DNA from: a virus
Lineage: Duplodnaviria > Caudoviricetes
IMG/VR virus record: IMGVR_UViG_3300031716_000039
Location: 1 to 31,510 of that record
Strand: one strand, 5' to 3'
DNA length: 31,510 nt
Of the stretch, positions 24,746 through 31,510 are shown piece after piece (positions within the stretch are counted from its first letter, which is position 1; each line of letters begins with the position of its first letter). A program made the position numbers and the translations under genes. The notes beneath the pieces were generated by a model. The model did no database searches. It saw nothing but the letters and a program-made list of their open reading frames with translations, and was not told where the DNA came from.

Positions 24746-26416
24746 CTACTCAGCGGGCGGCGGCGCCTTGGGTTTCGCCGGCGGCGCTGCGCCCGGCTTT
24801 CCCTTGCCTGGTTTCGGCGGCGCGTTCGGGTCGTTCGCCGACTCTGCCGGCGGCGACGGAGAACCCGCCTCCGGCTTGCGCGGATCCCAGTCGGAGGCGA
24901 GGTCGAGATCGTCCATCGCCTTGAGATCGGCCGCCATTTCTTCTCGCAGTTCTTCGGGGCGCCAGCCGGCGCGACGTTGCTCTTCGGACATCGTCGAGAC
25001 GCCGCCGCGGACGCGCGCCTTCGCCGCCTCGAGGTCGACCTTCGGGTCGATCAACGGCGCCGGCGGAGGAGTCCAAGAAACCGTGACGTCTTCGGGGAGC
25101 TGGCCCGCGACGAAGGCCTGGGAGAGCCAGGCCGCGAAGAGCGGCTGCAGGAATTGCGGAACGAGCCAGTCCTCGCGCCAGGCCTCCAGCTCGGCGTCGA
25201 AGTCGAGGTTTCCGATTCGCGCGCTCGAGAAGTTGACGTCGGACAAGTCGCCCGTGAGGACGTGCACGGGGACGCCGTAGCCGACGGCGATCCCGCGAAG
25301 CGTGACCTTCGGGAATTCGTCCATGCCTTCGACGCCCGGCGGGTTCGTGAACGAGACCGTCTGGCCGGGCCGGAGGTATTCGACCAGGCCCGGCTCGAGA
25401 TCTTCGACGTCCTTCCCGGTCGGGGTCGCGGCGACCGCGTCGGGATCGTCGAGGTCGGCGTCGGTCGTGACGAAGGCGGCGAAGCAGGCCGCGAGCTTCG
25501 TGCGCAACATGGTCGCATCCGCCCAGTCTCCCAGGTCGCGCAGCGAGAGCAGGCACGGCGCGCCCCAGGGAATCCCGCGGACCTGGCCGGGGCGCTCGAC
25601 GCGGTAGACGTGCGCGACGTTGTCGGCCGGGACGAAGACCGATGTCTTGTAGAGCATCCCGTAGGCCGGGTGCTCGGGAAAGAGCCAGTAGCCGGCGCGT
25701 TTCCCGCGCGCGTCGAACTCGATCCCTTGACGTTGCCGGCGCGCGCTCGGGAGCGACGAGACGCCGGCCGAGTTGTCGCGCGTCGAGTCGATGTGATCGG
25801 CCTCGACGACCTGGACCTGGAGCGGGACGTCGAGGCCGTCGGACTGCCGGCGCAGGCGGAAGCGCGCGAGGACTTCGCCGGCCTCGACGACCTGGCGGAC
25901 GACCAGGCGCTCGAGCCCGTAGCCGTTCGTGCGGCCGTCCGCGTCGCATTGGCTCGACTCGAACCAGGCATCCCACAAGGCCTGGGCCTTTTTCTTCGTC
26001 TCGGGGTTCGAGTGGTTCAGGGTCGCCCGGATTCCGGAGCGGACCATGTGCGAGGGGATCGCGCGGCAGGCCTTGGTAGCCCAGGGGTTGTTCCGCGAGA
26101 GGTCGCGCGAGCGTTGGCGCAGGCGGTCGAGCGCCGGGCCCAGCGCCGCGTCGGGCGCGGTGAGGGGCGCGATCCAGCCCTGGGTCCGCGGGGTCTGGGA
26201 GGCCGCGTCGAAGCGCCGGAGACCGACGTCGTCGAACCGGTGCCGGCGCGAGATCCGCTCGCGGTGCTCGGCGATCAGTTCGCGGACCGCGGCCGCGCGC
26301 TCGCCGCGCAGGCGTTGGCTTTGCCGGCGAGCGAACCAGGAAGGCGACAGTTCTCGCGCGACGCGGTCGAGGATCCGGCCGAGGTTCGAGGGGGGAGTCG
26401 GAGCGGCGACGGGCAT
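24746..26416 (-). CDS. Portal protein, lambda family
   Basis: LRQRSRDLSRNN, QGIEFD..G...GYW, RPGQVRGIP, TGDLSDVNFSSAR, IDPKVD; likely start ATG 26416 after gpW. Confidence 0.96.
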   Translation of the reverse strand: MPVAAPTPPSNLGRILDRVARELSPSWFARRQSQRLRGERAAAVRELIAEHRERISRRHRFDDVGLRRFDAASQTPRTQGWIAPLTAPDAALGPALDRLRQRSRDLSRNNPWATKACRAIPSHMVRSGIRATLNHSNPETKKKAQALWDAWFESSQCDADGRTNGYGLERLVVRQVVEAGEVLARFRLRRQSDGLDVPLQVQVVEADHIDSTRDNSAGVSSLPSARRQRQGIEFDARGKRAGYWLFPEHPAYGMLYKTSVFVPADNVAHVYRVERPGQVRGIPWGAPCLLSLRDLGDWADATMLRTKLAACFAAFVTTDADLDDPDAVAATPTGKDVEDLEPGLVEYLRPGQTVSFTNPPGVEGMDEFPKVTLRGIAVGYGVPVHVLTGDLSDVNFSSARIGNLDFDAELEAWREDWLVPQFLQPLFAAWLSQAFVAGQLPEDVTVSWTPPPAPLIDPKVDLEAAKARVRGGVSTMSEEQRRAGWRPEELREEMAADLKAMDDLDLASDWDPRKPEAGSPSPPAESANDPNAPPKPGKGKPGAAPPAKPKAPPPAE

Positions 26417-26420
26417 CGGG

Positions 26421-26627
26421 TTAGGTTCCGCGGGTGTAGGACCAGACGCGCCGGCGCTTGCCGGCATCGGGGTCGAGGCCGAGTTCGCGCCGCATTTCGT
26501 CGCGCGCCGAGCGCATGTCCGCGAGCGAACGGTAGGTGATCATCCGGCCGACCCGGTCGCGGACCGAGAGCGCGCCGGTCCGGATCGCCTTCTCGAGATC
26601 CTCGAGCTCGGTCAGCGTTGCAGCCAT
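26421..26627 (-). CDS. Head-tail joining protein, gpW-like
   Basis: MAATLTELEDLEKAIRTGALSV...ITYRSLADM; it is the C-terminal 68 aa of the 1201-aa shadow ORF and lies between terminase and portal. Confidence 0.9.
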   Translation of the reverse strand: MAATLTELEDLEKAIRTGALSVRDRVGRMITYRSLADMRSARDEMRRELGLDPDAGKRRRVWSYTRGT

Positions 26628-28633
26628 CCTCGTCCTCGTCCGCGGTAGCCCGAGAGGTAACCTCCGCGCGGGCGCGCCGGGCCCGATTCGGGTCCGCGCT
26701 CGAGCGTCGCCGGCTTGTTCGAGCGCGCCTCGGGAGTTCGCGCGCGCGGTGTCGGCGGGACCGAGCCTAGCGCCTCTTGCGCCTGGGTCCAGCGTTCCGG
26801 GGACCAGCGCGGGAGCCCGAGCAGGGTCGCCGCGGCGTAGGCGTAGACGTTGCAGTCGAGGACCTCGTTCCGTTCGTAGATCTTCTCCCAGGCGTAGCGG
26901 CGCAGGCCGTGCACGGTGCGCGGGACGATTTGCTCGGCGCAGAGCTGCCGGAAGTATTCTTCGCCCCATTGCGGGAAGTGCTGCCAACCGGCGGGATAGC
27001 CCTCGACCGACGGGTCGAGCGGTTCGTCCATGCCGAGCCAGGCGTAGAGCGTCGATTTGCACTCGTCTACGCCGACGTGCCAAAGCTCGACGCCGCGGCG
27101 GAGCGCCTTCCCGGTCTTGCCGACGACGTCGACCCTCTTCGGAGTCGAGACGACGACCGACGAGCCCTCGCGTCCTTTGATCGCCGCGACGCGCCGGCGG
27201 TCCTGGCGGCGGACCCAGCCGTAGACGAGCTGGGTCGCCCAGCCGGTGTCGATGCAGAGCTTCGCGATCTGGAGTTCGCAGCCGGTCTCGTGAACGTAGG
27301 GGGTCGCGAGGAGCCGCTCCAGGTCCGACCAGGCCTCGCGATCCTGGGGCCCGCCGGGAATGATCTTGGTGTCGATCGACCAGCCCTCGCAACCTGGGCC
27401 CCAGGCCTTGACCTCGACCTCGAACCGGTCGGCCTGGACGTCGACGCCGGCGGTCAGAACGCAGGCGGCGAGCGGGACCCGTTGGATTTCGTAGTTCTCG
27501 CGCCGGCGGTAGAGCTTTTTCCAGTCCGGGGCCTCGCCCTTCTCCCGCCAAGGTTCGCCGAACCGCTGGTTCACGACGACGCGGAACTGCGCCTGAACCT
27601 TCCGGGAGTTGTCCCAGATCTCGACGATCTCGCGCCAAGAGGACCAGCCCAGCGGCGAATAGAGGCTCGATAGGTGGTAGCCCTGGGCGCCTTGGCTCGT
27701 CGCCGTGGCGGTCGGGATCCAGACGCCGGCCTCGAGCATCGCGGTCTTGCGGTGCTCTTCGGAGGCTTTTCCGCAGGTCGCGCAGCGCAGGCGGACCGAG
27801 CCCGGGTCGGCTCGATCGGTGTCGCCGATCTTGTCGAACTCGAGGAACTTCCGCGCGCCGACGACGAAGCGCGTCGCGGCCGAGAAAGCCATCGGGGAGA
27901 CGTCGCCGCAATGCCAGCACGGCACGTTGTAGAACCGTTGGTCGGTGCCTTCCCATTCCTGGACGATGCGCGAGCGGCCCTCGAACGTCGGGGTCGAGAT
28001 CTTGAGGATCTTGCGCCTCGAGCCGTAGGTGAGCGTCGCGCGCTCGGCGAGGAAGATCGGGTCGCCCTCTTCGCCGGCCTCGGGTGAGAAGGCGTCGACG
28101 TCGTCGCAGATCAGGTAGCGCGCCGGCATCGATCGGAGGCCGGCCGCGGAGTTCGAGCCGGCCAGGATCGCGAACCCGCCGGGGAACTCTTTCACGAGCG
28201 TCGAGTTCCCGGAATCCTTCTCGCGCGCCTCGCGGACCTTGCCGGAAAGACTCTTCGATTCCGCGATCATCGGCGCGAGCCGTTGCTTGGAATAGCGCTG
28301 GGCAAGCTCGAGCGTCGGGAGGACGAGCAGCGCGGGCCCGGGCGCCTGGTCCATGATGTAGCCGAGGAAGTTGTTCGCGACCTCCGAGAACCCGAGCTGG
28401 GAGGCCTTGACGACGATGAGGCGCTGGACGATCGAGTCGGCCGACAAGGCCTCCTGGATCTCGCGCGTGTACGGGACGCGCGAGACGCGGTATTCGCCCG
28501 GCTCGGCCGAGGCCTTGGTCGAGAGCCGGCGGTTCGCCTCGGCCCATTGCCAGACGGAGAGACGCGGTTCGGGTTCGAGGCCCTTCGACCAGGCCTCCGC
28601 GACGACGGACTTCGCGCTCTTGTGCTCGGCCAT
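26612..28633 (-). CDS. terL: Terminase large subunit, lambda GpA family
   Basis: Walker A KASQLGFSE, LICDDVD, ISTPT, CxxC pairs, LTAGVDVQ, RNEVLDCNVYA. Confidence 0.97.
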   Translation of the reverse strand: MAEHKSAKSVVAEAWSKGLEPEPRLSVWQWAEANRRLSTKASAEPGEYRVSRVPYTREIQEALSADSIVQRLIVVKASQLGFSEVANNFLGYIMDQAPGPALLVLPTLELAQRYSKQRLAPMIAESKSLSGKVREAREKDSGNSTLVKEFPGGFAILAGSNSAAGLRSMPARYLICDDVDAFSPEAGEEGDPIFLAERATLTYGSRRKILKISTPTFEGRSRIVQEWEGTDQRFYNVPCWHCGDVSPMAFSAATRFVVGARKFLEFDKIGDTDRADPGSVRLRCATCGKASEEHRKTAMLEAGVWIPTATATSQGAQGYHLSSLYSPLGWSSWREIVEIWDNSRKVQAQFRVVVNQRFGEPWREKGEAPDWKKLYRRRENYEIQRVPLAACVLTAGVDVQADRFEVEVKAWGPGCEGWSIDTKIIPGGPQDREAWSDLERLLATPYVHETGCELQIAKLCIDTGWATQLVYGWVRRQDRRRVAAIKGREGSSVVVSTPKRVDVVGKTGKALRRGVELWHVGVDECKSTLYAWLGMDEPLDPSVEGYPAGWQHFPQWGEEYFRQLCAEQIVPRTVHGLRRYAWEKIYERNEVLDCNVYAYAAATLLGLPRWSPERWTQAQEALGSVPPTPRARTPEARSNKPATLERGPESGPARPRGGYLSGYRGRGRGWLQR

Positions 28634-28636
28634 CGG

Positions 28637-29209
28637 CTAGGCCGCCTGCAGGGAACGCACGAACTCGGCCAGCGCGCGGTCGATCTCGCCCTCGAGCAAG
28701 AGGCCAACGCGGTGCGGATCGGTCTCGGCCGCGAGCAATGGCGCCAGGCGATCGCGCATCGCGCGCAAGCGATCGCGCAGCTCGCGCGCGGCCTTGGTTT
28801 GTTCGAAGAGAACGTCGGCCGCGACGATCAGCTCGGCGACCCGTTGGCGGTATTCGAGCTCGGCGAGCTTCGCCTGGTAGGTGAGCCGGAAGGCCTGGGC
28901 CTGGCGCGCCTGGTCGGCGACGGAGAGATCTCCGCTCTCGCGCGCGTCGTCCTTCGGCGGCCCGTCGAGCGACCCGAACGGCCGGCCCTTGGTCGGGTCG
29001 CCGCCGCCGCGCGCGCGCAGCGTGTCCGTGTTGGCGGTCCATTCCTGGTCGGCCGCGACCGGATCGATCTTCGGTTTCCCGTTCTCGATCGAGACCGAGG
29101 ATTTCAGACGGCCGCGCGCGATCGCGACCTGGACAGCGCGGTGCGTCCCGCCCGTTAGGCCGAGTTCCTTTCGGTGCCGCGCGTAGGCCCGGATCGAGAG
29201 CGGATCCAC
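28637..29209 (-). CDS. terS: Terminase small subunit (Nu1-like)
   Basis: N-terminal HTH LSIRAYARHR...AVQVAIARGRL, AKLAELEY...ELI; immediately upstream of GpA. Confidence 0.88.
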   Translation of the reverse strand: MDPLSIRAYARHRKELGLTGGTHRAVQVAIARGRLKSSVSIENGKPKIDPVAADQEWTANTDTLRARGGGDPTKGRPFGSLDGPPKDDARESGDLSVADQARQAQAFRLTYQAKLAELEYRQRVAELIVAADVLFEQTKAARELRDRLRAMRDRLAPLLAAETDPHRVGLLLEGEIDRALAEFVRSLQAA

Positions 29210-29212
29210 GGC

Positions 29213-30562
29213 CTAGCCTCGCGCCGCGCGCCGGCGCCGCGGTTGCTTGCCGTTCGCCGCGGCGAGACGCGCGGCCGCGACCTCCGCGAACGTGCGACCG
29301 TCCGCCTCGAGCGTGGCGGCCTTGCCGGTCAAGCGTTGCCAACGGTCGACCGTGACGTCGCACCAGCGCGGTTCGACGTCGATCCCAAGGCCGACGCGGC
29401 GCGAGAGTTCGCAAGCGAGGAGCGTCGAGCCCGAGCCGGCGAAGAGGTCGAGTACTCGCTCGCCAGGCTCGGTCGAGGCCGAGACTAACTCGCGCAGGAG
29501 ATCGACCGGTTTCGCGGCGTTGTGTTCGGTGACGGTGTCCTCGGTTCCCTTCTCGCCGCCCTCGAACCCGCCGACGCCGGCGCGGTTGAGCTGCAGGACG
29601 TTCGGCTTGCCGATCGGCCGGCCGCCGCGCGGCCCGCGCTTCCACATGGACTTCGACGGCGCGACGCGATGGAAGAACGCGATGAGCTCGTGCGCGTTCT
29701 GCCAGTTCGAGCCGAGGCCTCCGCGCTTGTTCCAGACGAGGCAGTTCGCGACGACGAGACCGGTCCCGCCGCGCGCGCAGTCGAACCAGGTCGGGTAACT
29801 GCGCCAGTCGCAGAAGGTGTAGCCGTGGCCGTTGAGCTTGAGCGACGACGCGATCGCGCGCAGGACAGCCGTGAAAAAGTCGCGGACCATGCGGTCGTCG
29901 GCGACGTCGCTCCCGACGCCGGTCGAACTGCCGAAGATCGCGTAGGGCGGATCGGTGACGACCGCGTCGGCGAGGCGCTCGCCCAGAACCGCGCGCCGGA
30001 CCTTGTCCTCGCGGCAGTCGCCGCAAGCGATCCGGTGCTCGCCCAAGATCCAGACGTCGCCGGTCTTGGTCGCGGGGTGCTCGATCTCCTCGCCGCGCTT
30101 GGTCGCGTCGATCTCCGCCGGCGTCGCGCGCTCGGGCGCGAGGAGACGTCGGAGCGCCGGCGCGTTGAACCCAAGCTCGGGCAAGTCGGGGAGCGCGGTC
30201 TGGAGCTTGCCCAGAACCGCGCGGAGCTTGTCGTCGTTCCAGGCAGAGAGCTCGGCGAGCCGGTTGTGGGCGACTACGAAGGCGTGCCGCTCGGCCTCGG
30301 ATAGATGCTCGATCGGAATGACCGGGACGCGCGGGAGGCCGAGCAGCGCGGCCGCTGCGCGCGAGCCGTGGCCGGCGATGATCTCGCGCGTCTTCCGGTC
30401 GACGATGATCGGGTCGATAAACCCGAACTTGGAGATCGACGCGGCGATCCGGCGGATCTGGTCGGGAGTGTGCTCGCGCGGGTTGTCGGCGTAGTCCTGG
30501 AGCGCGGACGTATCCCAGAGCTCGATCGACTCGGCCAGTTTCGAAGGGATCGCGGTGCTCAT
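29213..30562 (-). CDS. ParB-like N-terminal domain fused to DNA adenine methyltransferase
   Basis: YADNPREH, IAASISKFGFIDPI, IIAGHG, NRLAE; GDVWILGEHR..CGD, TDPPY, KPVDL, LDLFAGSGSTL. Confidence 0.93.
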   Translation of the reverse strand: MSTAIPSKLAESIELWDTSALQDYADNPREHTPDQIRRIAASISKFGFIDPIIVDRKTREIIAGHGSRAAAALLGLPRVPVIPIEHLSEAERHAFVVAHNRLAELSAWNDDKLRAVLGKLQTALPDLPELGFNAPALRRLLAPERATPAEIDATKRGEEIEHPATKTGDVWILGEHRIACGDCREDKVRRAVLGERLADAVVTDPPYAIFGSSTGVGSDVADDRMVRDFFTAVLRAIASSLKLNGHGYTFCDWRSYPTWFDCARGGTGLVVANCLVWNKRGGLGSNWQNAHELIAFFHRVAPSKSMWKRGPRGGRPIGKPNVLQLNRAGVGGFEGGEKGTEDTVTEHNAAKPVDLLRELVSASTEPGERVLDLFAGSGSTLLACELSRRVGLGIDVEPRWCDVTVDRWQRLTGKAATLEADGRTFAEVAAARLAAANGKQPRRRRAARG

Positions 30563-30822
30563 CGGGTTTCGCGCGTGTCGAGGTCGATCGAGGACTCCGG
30601 AGTCGTGATCGCCTGGACCGGGATCGGCGCGCCGCAGCGCGAGCAGCGGTCGCCGGGGGATTGTGAGACGAGGTCGGCGCAGAGCGCGCAGCGCGGCGAG
30701 GGGAAGTCGGCGCGCGGGAGGCCGAGGAAAAAGTTCCGGGCGCGGAGCCAGTTGCGAACGGTGAGCCAGCCGGACGACGCCGGCGGCCGCGGGCCCAGGT
30801 GATCGAGGCGCGGGTCGCTCAT
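30559..30822 (-). CDS. Small zinc-ribbon protein
   Basis: ATG 30822 (ATGA overlap); CALC...CSRC. Confidence 0.6.
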   Translation of the reverse strand: MSDPRLDHLGPRPPASSGWLTVRNWLRARNFFLGLPRADFPSPRCALCADLVSQSPGDRCSRCGAPIPVQAITTPESSIDLDTRETR

Positions 30823-30992
30823 CGGCGGCGCCCGGCGTTGCGGCGTTCGATGATCGATTCGAGCTCGGCGATCCGAGCCTCGAGCTTGCGGATCTGCCGG
30901 CGAACGATGCGCTCCAGTTCGGCCTCGGCGTCGCGCAGCAATGCGCGTAGATCGCGCGGAAAGCGCGCGCGCGGCTTGCGGGCGGATTTCAT
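30819..30992 (-). CDS. Small basic coiled-coil protein
   Basis: ATG 30992 (ATGA overlap); IRKLEARIAELE heptads. Confidence 0.55.
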   Translation of the reverse strand: MKSARKPRARFPRDLRALLRDAEAELERIVRRQIRKLEARIAELESIIERRNAGRRR

Positions 30993-31261
30993 TCGAACCG
31001 AAGGTCGAATAGTCGGCCGAGCGAGACAACGCGCGTCGCCCCCGGGGCCGGGGGAACGTAGACGACGTGCTCGCCGACGATCGGACCCGAAAGCGGCGCG
31101 AGCGCGGTCGGCGCGCTGCAGTTGAGGCAACGGCCGCGACGATCGATCGAGCGCACAGTCAGCGGCGCGTCACAGAAGTCGCACCGAAGAAAGTCCTCGG
31201 GGTTGTGGCGCTCGAGCAGCAGCGGCCGAGAGCCAGGCGGAGGCGGAAGGTTTGTCCCCAC
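30989..31261 (-). CDS. Small zinc-ribbon protein
   Basis: GTG 31261, 2 nt after the upstream TAG; CDFC...CLNC. Confidence 0.55.
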   Translation of the reverse strand: MGTNLPPPPGSRPLLLERHNPEDFLRCDFCDAPLTVRSIDRRGRCLNCSAPTALAPLSGPIVGEHVVYVPPAPGATRVVSLGRLFDLRFE

Positions 31262-31263
31262 AG

Positions 31264-31510
31264 CTAGCGCCCTTCCAAGGTCGCGGCGTTCGCCTGGTCG
31301 ATGATCTCTCGCGCGAACTCGGCTCGATCCTCGTCGTCGAAGGCCTCTGACGTGCGGAGCTGGTCGGCGCGCGGTGCACTCGAACAGCCGCGGAGCAGGA
31401 CGAAACCCGCGGCGACGATTGCGAACCATAACCCGCCGACCGCGAGCGCGAGCGGAACGAGCGAGCGAACTCGCGGCGTGATCCGGCCGCCGCACAAGGG
31501 ACATGGGATC
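31264..31510 (-). CDS. Zinc-ribbon plus TM protein (5' end outside the window)
   Basis: Frame is open to the window edge: IPCPLCGGR..., hydrophobic LVPLALAVGGLWFAIVAAGFVLL, acidic tail. Confidence 0.55.
   Translation of the reverse strand, partial: IPCPLCGGRITPRVRSLVPLALAVGGLWFAIVAAGFVLLRGCSSAPRADQLRTSEAFDDEDRAEFAREIIDQANAATLEGR

Noticed and set aside
26421-30026. 1201-aa minus-strand ORF
   Set aside because: Arg/Pro-rich off-frame shadow of terL, terS and the methyltransferase; only the last 68 aa (gpW) look real.
26612-30562. TAG reassignment (alternative genetic code)
   Set aside because: No TAG interrupts a conserved gene; TAGs fall at expected protein ends and many are followed by out-of-frame starts.

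Overview
The whole window is the minus-strand late region of a high-GC tailed phage or prophage. No host genes, integrase, RNA genes or CRISPR array are visible. Read in the direction of transcription (right to left), it holds small Zn-ribbon ORFs, a ParB-DNA methyltransferase fusion, a lambda-type packaging/head block (small terminase, GpA large terminase, gpW, lambda portal, protease-major capsid fusion, DUF2190, head-tail joining) and a Mu-type contractile tail and baseplate (gp37/38-like, sheath, tube, frameshifted chaperone, tape measure, N, P, gp45, gp46, gp47, gp48). A long run of fibre and virion accessory genes continues off the left edge. Three things stand out. (1) A ~3.5 kb non-structural operon with its own promoter splits the normally adjacent gp46 and gp47 genes; it carries a frameshifted DNA methyltransferase and repeated gene-junction motifs. 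(2) An alpha/beta-hydrolase (HGG, GESSG) among the fibre genes carries a phage beta-domain nested inside a second copy of itself. (3) Shared promoter motifs recur in several intergenic gaps. All calls come from motif recognition and gene order; no searches were run.
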